Of a DNA stretch of 64,000 nucleotides, positions 16,770 to 33,429 are shown piece after piece. Where the stretch lies: assembly GCF_009914755.1 (NCBI RefSeq), contig NC_060947.1. The stretch is one strand, 5' to 3'. The stretch comes from the human T2T-CHM13v2.0 reference genome, Homo sapiens. Position 1 is the stretch's first letter, and each line of letters opens with the position of its first letter. The notes below the pieces were generated by a model. It worked only from the letters and a program-made list of their open reading frames with translations. It had not been told where the DNA came from and searched no databases. A program made the translations under genes and the position numbers.

Positions 16770-18650
16770 AGGGAAAATGGTGGAGTGAGAAGTGTTAGGA
16801 ATCCGTCTCTCCACGTAGACAACAATTGTACTGCTAGAAACTAGAAACTGTCTGACGTGACTGTTTTGGAAATCTTGATTCTACTTAAACTCTTTCAGCT
16901 TCCAAGGGGAAAACTTTGCTGGTAAATTGTAGTTATTATCAGTCCTTTTTAGCCATCAGTGCAATAGGAGCTACTCATACTCCAGCCTCCTTCCAAGCCC
17001 CATGTCAATGTAGGGACAGAAACCTGTGTCTCTGGCATGGCTTGTTGGAGCTACACTGCATAATAAGGGTATTGTCCTCCAAATATCAGCGGTTTGTATT
17101 CTGTTACAGATAGCTGCTTCTGATTACTGAGGTGCAGGTAAATAAACCTGGCAACTGTTGTTTTACCCCTCACCAGCTCAAGCAGCTTCCAGAGGATTTA
17201 AGGGAGCCTCATCATCATTTTTTTTTTTTTTGGACATTCAAAAACAACTGCATATACGGAGTAATTTAGAAAGGCACTGTGTATACCCAAGGAAAGATAC
17301 GGTCCCAGAAAAGACCTGAGAAGACCTTAAGCTTCCACCCCATGCTGATTTCTGGCATAGAGACATGTTACAACAATTTTTTAAACCGCAGAAAACCTTA
17401 GGGAAGGGGATACACAATTTGACTTCCAGAGTTACCACATCATAAGATTCAAATGTGCACTCTTTAACAAAAGGCCACAAGGCATGAAAAGAAACACAAA
17501 AGTATAGCCTATTAAAAGAAACAAAATAATAAATAAACAAAAAAACATGCCTGAGGAAGCACAGATGCCAGACTTACTAGACAGAGATGTTAAAACTGTG
17601 ATCTTAAATATGCTCAAAATGCTAAAGGAAGACATGAATAATGACAGTAAAATGGTGTATGTACAAAATGGCAGTATCAATAAAGATATAGAAATTATGA
17701 ATAAAGAACGCAAAGGAAATTCTGGAGCTGAAAGGTACAGTAACTCAAAAGACATTCAATTAGTGCAAAAGCTGATTTCAGCAAGCGGAATAAAGATTCA
17801 GAGAACTAGAAGATAGAACCTTTTAAATTATTGAGTCTGAGGGACAGAAAGGGAAAAAAATGAAGAAAAGTGAACAGAGCCTAAGGGACCTGTGGGACGT
17901 GATCCAGCAGAACAACAGGCCAACTTACACATTATGGGAATATTAGGAAGAGAAGAGAGAGAGAAAGGGGTAGAGAGATCATTCAAAAAATAATAATGGC
18001 TAAAAACTTTCCAAATTTGATAAAACACTTGAATGTAAAAATCCAAGAAGCTCAATGAACTAGAAACAGGACAAAACAAAGTGACATATGCTAAAACACA
18101 TTATAATCAGATTATTGAAAGACAAAGAGTGAATCTTAAAAGCAGAAAGAGAGCAGTGACTGATCATATATAAGTGATTGTCAATAAGACTGTCAGCCAA
18201 TTTGGTATCAGAAACCTGGAGGCCAGAATGTGTTGGGTTTATATCATCAAAGTGCTTGGGGAAGAGTCAACGGAGAATTCTATGTCCACCAAAAAATATT
18301 TTTTAATGGGGATAAATTAAGACATTCTCAGATAAACAAAATCTGAGGGAGTTCATTTTCACTAGATATGCCAAGCAAGGAATTCTAAAGAGAGTCATGC
18401 AGATTTAAACAAAAAGAAACTAGACAATAACTCACAGCTGTATGAAGAGATAAAGATCTCTAGCAAATATAAATACGTAAGTAATGACAAAAGCCAGTAC
18501 TGTTAGAATTTTGGATTGTAGCTCCACTTTTTTATTTTTTGTATGACCTGAAAGGCAAATGCATAAAAATCAATATTTAATGTATGTTTTGGACATGCAA
18601 TGTATAAAGTTATAATTTGTGACAATAACAGAAAAGAGGATGGAGCTGAC
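16770..18650 (+). mobile_element. Old L1M 5' region/ORF1 remnant
   Basis: PEEAQMPDLLDRDVKTVILNMLKMLKE peptide; A-rich + strand. Confidence 0.7.
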
Positions 18651-18964
18651 TAAAGAAGATAACAAAATCTCAACAGTGGAATGACATTAGCAAGATGGCA
18701 GACTAGGAAGCTTCAGGCCCCTCCCTCACAAAGACTCCAATTTAATAGCAGTATATCAACCAGAGTACCTATGTTAAACTCTAGAGAACAACTGAGAAGA
18801 GAGACCACCCAGGTCATGATTTTCCCCACCCCTTTTGCTGGAATCCTTTCTTGATTTTACATTGTCATCAGCAATGCATGAGGGTTCCAGTTTCTCTACA
18901 TCCTCACCAACTCCAATTGGTTCAAAGATTTAAACACAGATCTTGAAATCATAAAAGTACTAAG

Positions 18965-19110
18965 ACAATATATTAGAGTTTTTTTATATTTTATATATAA
19001 ATTAATTATATATTTTACATTTTATTTTGTATATTTTATTATATATATTTATATAAATTTATATTTTTATATTTTTTATATTTTATATTTATAAATTAAA
19101 TAAATTTATA
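18965..19110. repeat. AT-rich low-complexity tract
   Basis: Almost pure A/T with TTTTATA-like units. Confidence 0.85.
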
Positions 19111-19279
19111 TTCTAGCATCCTATTAGGTGTGAAGTGGTATCTTATTGTGGTTTTTATTTATGTTTTATTAATAACTAATGCTTCTATCTAACCTATTTA
19201 TATTCTAGATTAGATAGAAATAAACGGGACATAAAAAATTGATAAAGTTAACTGATAATGTTAACATGATTCATAATAT

Positions 19280-22050
19280 CATAAACATTTGCAGATGAAT
19301 TAATCTTGCATATAGAAAATCCTAGGAGATCCACTAAAACCTGTTTAATGAACAACTTCAGTAGAGTTGCATGATAAAATATCAATATGCAAAAACATAT
19401 TGTATTTCTATACAGTAGTAATGATCAAACAAATAATGACATTTTTATAACTGCAAGCTCATCAAAATAATTTTTAAAACTAAGGAGTAAGTTTTACCAA
19501 AAAAGTGCAATATTTGTTCACTGAAAACTCTAAAAATTGTTGAAAGGAATTGAAGACCTAAATAAATGGAAAGACACCCCATGTTTATGGATTGTGAGAC
19601 TTAATATTATTAAAATATTGATACCAGCTAAATTGATCTACAGACTCAGTGTAATCCTTACCAAATTCAGCTGCCTTTTCGTAGAAATTCAGAAGCTGCT
19701 CTCAAAATTTATATGCAAGTGATCCACAGTATCCAAAATAATCAATAAAAGAACAAAGTTGGAGGACTCACACTATTTGATTTCAGTGCTTACTATGAAA
19801 CTACAGTAATCCAAACTATGTGGTACTGACATAACGGTAAACATAAATATGAATGAAAAAGTATTGAGAGTCCAGAAATAAATCCTCACATGTATTGAGT
19901 TTGACAAGAGCATGAGAGCCATACAACAGGGTAAGAATTGTCTTTTCAACAAATGGTGTTGGGATAATTGGACAGGCACCTGCAAAATAATGACTTTTAA
20001 TCCCTGCCTCACACTGTATATAAAAATGAACTAGAAATTGTTCAAAAACCTAAATGTAAGAGCTAAATCTATAAAACCCTTAGAAGAAAACACATGGTAT
20101 AAATCTTTGTGACTATGGACCTTTGTGACATTTGGTGACTCACATATGACACCAAAGCACAAAGAACAAAGGGAAAAATAGGCAAACTGTACGTCATCGA
20201 AATTAAAGACTTTTCTGCTTCAAAGGACATAAGTAAGTGAAAACCCACCCCAGAGAATGGGAGACAATATTTCAAATCATATACTTAGCAAGGAACTTCA
20301 ATCTAGAATGAATAAAAACTGTTTCAACTCAAAAATAAAAAGACAACCCAATATAAAAATGGTCAAAAGATCTGGATAAATATTTCTCCAAAGAAAATAC
20401 AAAAAATTGCAAGTAAGCACATGAAAAGATGCTTAACATCATGAGCTATCACTGAAATGCAAATCAAAACCCCCAAACATTTCCATACTCATTAGGATGA
20501 AAATAATTAAAAGACAGATAATAAAATGTGTTGGTAAGGATATGGCAATATGAGCATCTTCATACACTGCTGGTGGGAATGTAAAATTGTGCAGTTGTTT
20601 TGGAAAGCAGTCTGGCAGTTTTTCAAAAAATGACCTTATGTTCTAGCAATTTCACTCCTAGGCATGTATCCAAGAGAAATGAAAACATATGTCCACATAA
20701 AATGTTGTGCACACATGTTCATAGCAGCATTATTCATGATAGATAATACATAGCAACAACCCAAGTTTCCATCAACTGCTAAAGAGATAAATAAAATGTG
20801 TTATATTCATACAATGGAATAATTTTCTGCAGTAAGAAGCAATGAAGTACTAATAAATGCTACAGCAGGGAAGAGCCTTATGCTAAGTGAAAGAAGTCAC
20901 AAAGAACCATTGTAGTCAATTCCTATAATTTCATGTTGCTCTGGCATCCACCCTAGATATAGGGTTAACCTTCTAACTTTCTCATACCAAAGGCAGGGCC
21001 TAATCACCTAATTCTCCACTTCCTCCCACTTTTTCAATGTGGTCAATCCAGATATCTGCCTTACACAACAGATATCCACCACCCTCTCGGACAGAGAGAT
21101 ATAACCTACTTGACTTGCCCCACTGACCCTCATACCCAACATGGACAATGCAAATATGCCACAGTGATCACCTCTCAGTGATGGTGTGACCTCCTGGAAC
21201 TCATCCCTACTTGCTTCAAACTCACCAGTTTGAACTCCTCATAGGAAACATGTTTGGGTAATGGCTTTGATCACAATAAAGGCCCAGCCTGCAGGTCTGT
21301 CCCACTCAACACCCATTGGTTACGCATCCTGCTGTCTTCAGACTTCTCATCAGCCCTTGTGGGCAACCCTCTTCTCTTGTAGATCTGAGTAATAAAAATA
21401 TTTTGCATTTCATGTGTTTCGTTGTGCTGTCTTCTCTGTGCCTCATTTGACTTACACAACCAAACCTAACTATCCTCCTGGTCAGGGCTCTCCTTGCAAG
21501 TGGCTGTCTTAGCAGGGATAAACTGGACACAGGTCAAACAAGAGCCACAAGGGTATCTGCCAGTATAAACAAGTTTTCAGTGAGAGGGACACCTGGTCAT
21601 AGGTTGGACACTTAGGCATTAGGCTGTCTGCCAGGACGAAGTATCCTGTGAAAAGCACACTGTAAACATTGAAGACCACCTTCCTTAGAGCCCCATTCAG
21701 CGCAGGGCTGGAATTTATAGCCACTCTCCAGACAGAGACCTCAAGACCAAATTAGAAAAAAAATCATAACAATAAAAATCACAACAACTACATATTAAAT
21801 GATTCCTTTTATATGAAAAATCCAAAATAGACAAATTTATAGAGACAGATGAATTGTTGCCTCTGGTTTGGGGGTTAGGGCAATGCAATCTGACAACTAA
21901 GGGACAGAGAGTATCTTCTTGGGCTTAAAAATGTTACAAAATTAATTTTGGTGATGAATGCACAACTCTAAGTGTATTAAAGTCTTTGAATTGTACATTT
22001 TGAATTGGTGAATTGCATGGTATATGAATTGTATTTTAATAAAGCTGTTT
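19280..22050 (+). mobile_element. L1M (L1MB/MC-like) ORF2 3' half and 3'UTR, interrupted by an LTR
   Basis: EDLNKWKDTPCLWIVRLNIIK peptide; ends ...TTTTAATAAAGCTGTTTTAAA. Confidence 0.8.
20911..21771. mobile_element. Solo LTR, MER54-like
   Basis: TG...CA termini and internal AATAAA; interrupts the L1 3' end. Family name from recalled consensus start TGTAGT.AATTC.TATAATTT.ATGTTGC. Confidence 0.6.
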
Positions 22051-22066
22051 TAAAGTATTTTAAACA

Positions 22067-22405
22067 GGCTGGGCACAGTGGCTCACGCTTGTAATCCCAG
22101 CACTTTGGGAGGCTGAGGCGGGCAGATCACGAGGTCAGGAGATCGAGACCATCCTGGCTAACACGGTGAAACCCCATCTCTACTAAAAATACAAAAAAAT
22201 TAGCTGGGCACGGTGGCGGGCACCTGTATTCCTAGCTACTCAGGAGGCTGAGGCAGGAGAATGGCGTGAACCCGGGAGGCGGAACTTGCAGTGAACTGAG
22301 ATTGTGCCACTGCACTCCAGCCTGGGTGACAAAGCGAGACTCTGTCTCGAAAAAATAAATAAATAAAAAATAATAAAATAAATAATAAATATTACAATAA
22401 AATAA
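22067..22405 (+). mobile_element. AluY with long A-rich tail
   Basis: Diagnostic GAGATCGAGACCATCCTGGCTAACACGG and GAATGGCGTGAACC; TSD ~TATT(T/A)TAAACA. Confidence 0.93.
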
Positions 22406-22926
22406 AATATTATAAACAAGTCAAAAAACAGCATATACTGGAAACACTAGTTACAACAGATATGGCAATCTACAGGCTCATTTTGTGAGTTAACAAAGAC
22501 ATAATATAAATCAATGGAGTGAATATCCCAATGGAAAGCTGAGTAAGTAAATAATTAGTTCACAGGAAAGAAAAAAGGTTTGTAGTACTCAACAAATAGA
22601 TTTGGGACTTTTGTTAATTATTACTATTGTTAACCAAGATTTCCTGCAGTCCAATTTTCAGACTCTTAGCCTTGCACTTCCCTACACCTTTGAGCACAAC
22701 AATGGCCATGTAAGTTGCTTCGGTCAATACAATATTCAAAAAGATTTTTGTCAGTTCTGGCAGGAAACTTTTAAGAGCCGCTGTGAGATTTGTCATGATC
22801 GGTCTTTTCCTACGTCATGGTAGCCAGCAATGTTTCAGATCATAACTGTTGCGTTTAATCCTCATGAGTAAAGCTCCCAACAGACGTGTTAGACATGTAA
22901 TATGAACAACAAATATATTTTTGTGA

Positions 22927-23190
22927 TTTTTTTTTGAGACAGAGTCTCACTATGTTGTCCAGGCTGGAATGTAGTGGCGCAATCTTGGTTTACTGCAACC
23001 TCTACATCCTGGGTTCAAGTGATTCTCTTGCCTCAGCCACTCGAGTAGCTGGGATTATAGCTGTGCGCCACCATTCCTGGCTAATTTTTGTGTTTTTAGT
23101 AGAGATGGGGTTTAGCCATTTTGGCCAGGCTGGTCTCAAACTCCTGGCCACAAGCTATTTGCCTACCTTAGCCTCCCAAAGTTCTGGGTA
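22927..23190 (-). mobile_element. 5'-truncated old Alu within a degenerate MLT1-like LTR (~22600-23260)
   Basis: Alu reverse complement lacking its first ~25 nt. Confidence 0.85.
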
Positions 23191-26100
23191 TTTTGGTTAT
23201 TTTAAGTTGCCCAGATTTGGGGACCATTTGTTACGGCAATGTAATGTAGCACATCGTTATTGATAGGCTCCCTCACAATTGTAGAACACATTAAAATAAT
23301 AGTATTCCATTTTTTACCTTTCATATGAACAAAAATAAAAGTTGGATAATTCCCAGTACTGACAAGGTGTTTCTGAAACAGACAGTTTCATTTTTAAAAA
23401 ATATTCTTTTATTCATTGAGAAATAAAAATTGTATATATGTATGATGTCCAACATGATGCTTTGATATATAGATACATTGTGGAGTGACTAAATCAAGCT
23501 AATTAACACATCTATTCCATCTCATGAGTTTGTCATAAATTAACGAATCCCCTATACTCATATATTTAGGTTATATCTGTTTTTTCCTACTATAAACAAT
23601 TCTGTAAGGAACTTCTCTGTGGAAAATTTCTAGTACTAAATGATACATTTCACTCGTGTATTTTTTATTTGTGTCAGCCCAGTTATAGTTCTTGCCCTAT
23701 TTCACCCAGTAAGATTACCTGGGTGAATTCTAGGATATTGAGAAAAGATATTGAAAATCTGAAGATTATATAGGTGCTTGTGTTTGCTGATGCTTGGATC
23801 AATTCTATTTTTCTGTTTTATCTACACTTTGAGTGCACTCTCTCCAAGGTGTTTTTCTTTTCTAAAGTTAGCCCATAGATGAAGGAATAGCAGAGGATTA
23901 ATATTCTTGTAGCTAAATTGATTTACACATTCTTAAGGTATTTCCTTAGGGAAAAATTCTAGAATCCCTGGCTCAAACAATCTCTGTTAAAGAACTCTTA
24001 GTTGTATTTAAAAAATTACAATCACCCTTCTGTCACTTTCTCTATAGTGGCACAGAAACGCTTATCCAATGATCAATTCAAGTACCTGAACATCGAAGAG
24101 GAGCAGAGTTTAAATGGCCTTGAGAGACTTGTGAAAAATAGCTGTCAAGACTTCTTTAAGTAGCATAGATAAAAAGTCAAAAATTTTAGTGTCAGCTGCA
24201 ATATATAAAGATCTTAGAAGTCATCACTCCCAAATTTAAATAAGAAAAACCTGAACAAACTAAAAACAAATGGCCTTTTTTTGGTCCTATCAGAGAACTA
24301 AGGTCATATAGGCCAAACCAATACCATAAAATCTGGAGAAGCAGTACATTCAGAATCAAAGCTGAAATTGGCTTACATGGAATAGAATTTACTGGAGCCA
24401 TAAACTGGTAGGGACACTTAAATGTTAAGTTGATGAACTGCTTGACACTGACTGTGGAGCAGCAGGAGAGTGAGAAATTCTGGGAGTCATAGTCTTATAG
24501 GGGCTTTTTATGGATTTAACCTTCAGGAAACTCACTCAGTTCTTATGGTGAAGAACAAAGAATTATCCCCTTGTGAATCTGGCAGAGGGCGAGGAAATAT
24601 AACCATTTTTAAGTATACCCAGAACATTCTCCATACAACTGACTACTCTTAAGAGAGACAAACTACTGGAGCCTTATCCCACCTGCGGTCAGGCATTTCA
24701 CCAATTCCAGCTCCACCTAGCATTCTTGTCTCACTTTCGGAGGAAGAAAGTTAAGAAACACTTATGAGGTCACAGGCCAAAGGAAAATATCCAATTCTAG
24801 CCCATTCTACACTTCCTGTCTCACTTAAGGTTAAAAAAAAATGAGAAGCACTTGTGAATGTCACAAAATGGGCAAAAGCTCACAAAAACATTGAAACCTA
24901 ATAATAGGACCAGGAAATACTTCTCCTTCCCCTGCTGCCCACCTCCATTTCTACTACATCAATAAGGCTACTGTATTATAGCAGGATATTAAGACACACA
25001 AAACTGTACATATCAGACCATATTTAAGAAGTCTCTAGGGAAACCCAAAGGCAGCAGGGGAGACTAAAGCAAGGACATCAGAAGAAAATTAAGCTATAGC
25101 AAACAATAAACACAGCCTAACTACTAGCCAGACTAAAGGCCTACTTACCTCATTTTCTTTTACCCAGTACATCATATTGATCTTTCAAGAATAAAATGCA
25201 AGTATAATAGAAAAATACCAAGGAATCAAGACCTAGAGTAAGCATCAGAATTAGTTTGGGATATGGCAGAGACTTTGGAATTATCTGACTAGGAATTTAA
25301 AACAACTATGATTAATATGCTAAGTGCCCTAATGGAAAATGCAGACAACATGCAAGAACAGATGGTTACTGTAAGCACAGAAATTGAAAGTCTAAGAAAG
25401 AAACAAAAGGAAACTGCCAGAAATAAATAGAAATGAAGAGTACCTTTCATGGATTCCTCAATAAACTGGACATGGCTGGAAGTAGAATCAGTGAGTTTGA
25501 AGAAATGCCAATTGAAACTTCCAAAACTTCCAAAAATTTCCAAAACAGAATGCAAAGAGATAAAACAGGAGAACTGTGGAACAATTACAAAACATGTAAC
25601 TTACATGTAATAGGAATAACAGAAAGAAAAGAGAGAAAGGAACAGAGATATTTGATGTCATAATGGCTGAGAATTTTTCAGAATTAATTACATGTACCAA
25701 TCCATAGATCTAGGAAACTCAGAGAACATGGAGCAGGATAAAAATCAGAACATCTACACTAGTTGTATTATATTCAACCTGCAGAAAATCAAAGACAATG
25801 GGAAAATATTTTAAAAGCCAGAGAAAACACTTACCTACAAAGAAGCAGGGATAAGAATTGCATTCAGATTTTTTTCAGAAACCGTAGAAGCAGGAAGAGA
25901 GTGGAGTAACATATTTCAAGTGTTGAAGGAAAAGAACACCAACATAGAATTCTATGAAATTACCCTTCTAATCTAAAGAAGATATTCTGGGTATTCTCAG
26001 ACAAATAAAAATTGAGAAAATTTGTTCCCAATAGACCTGGCTTGTAAAGATATCAATAGACAATCTTCAGAGAGAATGAAAATTATGCAGGTCAGAAATT

Positions 26101-26897
26101 CAGATTTACATAAAGAAAGGAAGCGTGTTAGACAAGGAGTAAATGAGGGTAAAATTAAATCTTGTATTTTTCTTATTAATTGATTTAACAGAAAACAGTT
26201 TGTCCAAAATAATAATGTTAACAACAATGTATGTGATCATTACAACTTATAGATTAGTGTAATAAATGACAACAATGGTATAAAGGATTGGAGGGATGAA
26301 TTAGAAATACCCTGTTATAAAAGTACTTCTCTCAAGGGAAATTTTTAAATAACCTAAAAAAATTACAAAAATACAACTTATCAAAGTTGTGGGATGTAGC
26401 AAAACAGTGCGTAAAAAGAAGTTTATAGCATTTAATGAATATATTAGAAAAGAAGAAAGATCTATAATCAGTAATCTAAGCTTCTATCTTAGGAAACTAT
26501 ACAAAGAAGAGGAAATTAAATTCAAAGCAATCAAAATAAAAGATAAAATCTAGGCATAAATCAATGATACTGAAAATAGGAAATCAATGGAAAAACTCAA
26601 TGAAAACAAAAGCTGATTCTTTGAAAAGATTAAAAACATTTATAAGTCTCTAGCCAGACTAAGAGAAAAAGAGACAAGGCACAAATTGTTAATATCAGAA
26701 ATAAAGGAAGGCCTATCACTACTCTCCTGTTGACATTAAAAAGATAATAAAAGAATATTATGAACAACTTTGTCCAAAACTTTGATAGCCTAGCTGGAAT
26801 GGAACTATTCCTTGAAAAACACAATCTACCAAAACAAACCCAGGGAGAAATAGATAATCTGCCTAAGCCTATAACCATTAAAGAAATTGTATCATAT

Positions 26898-27340
26898 CAA
26901 AGACATGGAATCAACCCAAAAGCCCATCAGTGATAGACTGGATAAAGAAAATATGGTACATATACACCATGGAATACTATGCAGCCGTAAAAAGGAATGA
27001 CATCATGTCCTTTGCAGGGACATGGATGGAGCTGGAAGCCATTATCCTCAGCAAACTAACACAGGAACAGAAAACCAAACACTGCATGTTCTCACTTGTA
27101 AGTGGGAGCTGAACAATGAGAACACATCAACACAGGAAGGAGAACAACACACACTGGGGCTTGCTGAAGGGGGTGGAGGGAGGGAGAGCATCAGGATAAA
27201 TAGCTAATGCATGTCGGGTTTAATACCTAGGTGATGGGTTGATAGGTGCGGCAAACCACCATGGCACAAGTTTACCTATGTAACAAACCTGCACATCCTG
27301 CACATTTATCCTGGAACTTAAAATAAAATTTAATTAAAAA
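26898..27340 (+). mobile_element. 5'-truncated L1PA 3' end
   Basis: [20 protein letters not shown] peptide, 3'UTR and A tail; degenerate TSD AAAGAAA..G.ATCA. Confidence 0.9.
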
Positions 27341-27844
27341 AAGAAACGGAATCAATGCATAATACACTTCCAAATGAGAAAGCATCAGGCCCAGATGGGT
27401 TCACTGGTGAATTCTACCAAACAGGAAGAAATTATAACAATTCCATACAATCTTTCACAGAAAATAGAACCCAAGGGAATACTTTCTTAAAAAATGCTAT
27501 GAGGTCAGCATTACCCTAATACCAAGACCAGGTAAAAAAGTTACAAGAAAGTAAAACAGACCAATATCCCTTACACACATAAATGTAAAAATCCTCAACA
27601 AATATTAGCCCATCAAATCCAGCAATGTATAAAAAGAATTATATGCCACAACCTAGTAGAATTTATTCCAGGTATGCAAGAATGTTTCAACATTCAAAAA
27701 TCAATTAGTATAATCCATCACATCAAAAGGCTAAAGAGGAAAAATTATAGTATTACATCAATAGAACAGCAAAGGTATTTGGCAAAATCTAACACCCATT
27801 CATGATTTTAAAAAGAGAAACTCTCAGAAAACTAGGGATAGAGG

Positions 27845-28297
27845 TGTTATGGGCTGAATGTGTATGCCCCACGCCAAATGTGTATATTGAAGTTCCAACA
27901 CCCAATGTGATGGCATATGGAGGTGGGACCTTTTGCAGTTCATCAGGTTTAGATTAGCTGATGAAGATGGAACTCTCAAAATGGGATCAGTGCCCTCATA
28001 AAAAGAGACACCAGAGAGCTTGATCTCTCTCTCTCTCCCCCTACATGCACACACTGAGGAATAACCATGTGAGAACACAATGAGAAGGTGAATGAATGAA
28101 TGAATAGGAAATCAATGGAAAAACTCAATGAAAACGAAAGCTAGGAAAACAAGCTAGGAAGTGAGACCTCACCAGGAACCAAATCTGCTGGCACCTTGAT
28201 CTTAGACTTCCTAGCCTTCACAGCTGTGAGAAATGAATGTCTATTATTTAAGCCACTCAGTATATGGCATTTTGTTATAGCAACCTGAACTAAGACA
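27845..28297. mobile_element. MaLR solo LTR (MST/MLT1A-like)
   Basis: TGTTATGGGCTGAATGTGT...TTTGTTATAGCAACCTGAACTAAGACA; TAGAG on both flanks. Confidence 0.88.
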
Positions 28298-28541
28298 TAG
28301 AGAACTCTTTATACTTAATAAAGAACATCTACAAAAAATCTACAGCTAACATCATAAGGGTAAGAAACTAGATGCTTCCCTGCAAAGATCAGGAACAATC
28401 CAAGGATGTCCCTTCTCACTAATCCTATTCAACATTGTACTGGAAGTCCTAGCTAATGCAGTAAAACAATAAACTCAAATAAAAGATACACAGATGTGGA
28501 AGGAAGAAATAAACTTATCTTTGTTCACAAATGACATTATT

Positions 28542-28693
28542 ATTATTATTTTGAGATAAGGTCTAGCTCTGTATTTTTAGTAGAGATGGTGTTTCACCAT
28601 ATTGGCCAGGCTGGTCTCGAACTTCTTGGCCTCAGGTGATCCTCCCACCTCACAAAGTGCTGGGATTACAGGCGTGAGCCACCGCACCCAGCC
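28542..28693 (-). mobile_element. Alu with most of the right monomer deleted
   Basis: Perfect 16-bp TSD CACAAATGACATTATT (28526-28541, 28694-28709). Confidence 0.9.
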
Positions 28694-29424
28694 CACAAAT
28701 GACATTATTGTCTACATAGAAAATCCTTCAAAATTGCCCTTATATGCTCTCAGCAAACTAGTATTTCACACATGAGAAATAAAAAGAAAAAAGTGCCCCC
28801 AAAGACCATTGAACCTCTCATTGTGAAACAGAAGCTCATGAGTTTTAAATAGAGAAGAAGTCAGGAGGGGCCTCTGAACAGTTTGTTCTCCAAGCAGCCG
28901 AGCACACCTTCACTAAGGAGAACCACATTCTAGGATTTAGCATTCTTCTTGAATTACTTATCTCAGATCCAAAAGTTCAACTTGCTGAAGGCTTTGATGT
29001 GTTTATGCCTAAAACTTCACTGTACTCTATATTGTCAAACTACACTCGCACAGAAAGCCTTTTGTTTAGAAAATGGTGTGTGCATTTTTTATAACGACTT
29101 TGGCTAACTCCTTACCCAATAGTAAGAGAAAAAAAGGACTTGATGACAACCAAAAAGGACTAGACCAAAATACTGTGTGTACAATAAAAGTGAGAAGTGT
29201 TACAGCATTCCAGAAAGGATGAACATGAAAGCTAGCACAATGAAACCATAAGCATTCAGCAACTAAATTGACAAGAGAAGAAAGAAAGTGTGGGAGCATA
29301 ATAAGACAATGAGATTAAGGGGTATACTGAGGCTGGACAAGAACGCATATATCCTGTAGATATTGATGACTCATGAAGGATTTTACATGTGAAGGAATAA
29401 TATGAAATTATTTAGAAATAGATC

Positions 29425-29540
29425 ACTGTAGAGACGTCCAATAGAACTTTCTATCATGATGAAAATATTCTATATTTCTGGTGTCCAGAATTGTCCCACT
29501 GCCCACAGTAGCCATCAAGTGACTATCAAACACTTGAATC
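29425..29540. mobile_element. MER3-like hAT MITE fragment
   Basis: GTCCAATAGAACTTTCT..ATGATGAAAAT.TTCTATAT motif. Confidence 0.65.
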
Positions 29541-29544
29541 CAAA

Positions 29545-31890
<2,346 letters not shown>

Positions 31891-33118
31891 AGTAGAAAGT
31901 CCAAAGTTAAGCTAAAAGGGTTAAAACAGGTCCTTGTCCACAGTGAGTAAGAGGGACAAAAGGAAGTAATGCAAGCTGCTGCACAGGCAAGGGATATACG
32001 AGTGTGCAAGTTCACAAGCGTGCATGTGGGAGATGGGGTGGGGTTGGGGACAGAGAGGTGGGTATCATGAGTCAGTACAGCTGCCTCTTTGTCCTGGGCT
32101 TAATGCTTGTGAGTTATTTGTTTTGGAAATTTAGATTTTAGGAGCCAGTCAGGGTTACACAGGTGCTGGTGGAGGCACTGAGGAGTAAAACCATGGCTGA
32201 TGCAATCTATTAGACTGGAACACATTTTAAGAGGAAATAAATAGCTTGTACCAGTCAGACAGGCATAGGTCAGCATCTTCTTTTAACTTTTTATTTACTC
32301 TCCACTTTAAAAATGACAAACTATCCGAGCTGGTTTCCTCATCTGGTATAAGGAGGTAGTTATAATACATTCTGGTAATAGTCTATAATGTCTTTACACA
32401 CAAAGAGGTTAGAACAGGGCCTTTCTCAGTTCAGTAAATGTCTATCATAGTCCCTGTTTTCTAAACGAATTGACATCAAATTGCCCAACACGTTTCAAAT
32501 TCTCACAGTAAAATTGATCAGCTTTTGGTAGAACCACCCCTCTATAGGTAAATATCTTGAGAGCAAGATCCCAGCGCCTCCAGAATTACCACAGTAACTT
32601 GTGCTGGCATAGTTTTCGATACATCTGCAAACTTTCAGAATAGGGAATTGAACAGGAAACCACAGGTGAATGTAAGCACCACAAGAAAGGGGATTCATTT
32701 CTCTTTGGTTTATACTGTATGCCCACTGCCTAGGAGAAAGTAGGAGCTCAATATATATTTGTTGAATAAATGAAAGGCATCAGTAACGTTATGAAAGGGG
32801 AAGAACAGCTCAGGAAGGCAAAGAGATGTACACGCGCCAACAAATTCCAGCAGACCCAGGCTCTGTTCTCCCAAGCCTGTAATTCATTCATGAGAGTATG
32901 CTGTGGAACAGAGAAAATCCACCATTCAGTTAAGGCCATGAAAAAGGCAGAGTTAACGTGGTCTTCCTCTAATACATAACATTCATCTCCAGATGTGGTA
33001 CAGAATCATCCTCACATGTTTTCTTCATATCAGCAAAATATTGTACAGTTATAGTAAATATCTGGTAACAAAAGCTGTATGGAAATATATGAAAATTCAT
33101 CATAAGAATAGGGCTCCT

Positions 33119-33429
33119 GGCCAGGCACGGTGGCTCACGCCTGTAATCCCAGCACTTTGGGAGGCCGAGGCAGGCAGATCACCTGAAGTCAGGAGTTCCA
33201 GACAAGCCTGACCAACATAAAGAAACCCCATCTCTACTAAAAATACAAAAAATAAGCCAGGCGTCTTGGGGCATACCTGTAATCCCAGCTACTCAGGAGG
33301 CTGAGGCAGGAGAATCACTTGAACCCAGGAGGCGGAGGTTGCAGTGAGCCAAGATGGCACCATTGCACTCCAGCCAGCCTGGGCAACAACACCGATAGTC
33401 CCTCTCAAAACCAGCAACAACAACAACAA
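33119..33429 (+). mobile_element. Alu (AluS-type) with (CAA)n tail
   Basis: TSD AAGAATAGGG(C/T)TCC. Confidence 0.95.

Larger units (their letters stand above)
24190..28730 (+). mobile_element. Old L1M (5' region, ORF1, internally deleted ORF2) hosting three nested insertions
   Basis: ORF1/ORF2-like sequence resumes after each insertion; its 5' region is homologous to 51733-54119. Confidence 0.8.

Noticed and set aside
28730-29420. Apparently non-repetitive stretch as a possible pseudogene or exon
   Set aside because: No recognisable peptide, poly-A/TSD or convincing splice pair; needs a database search.
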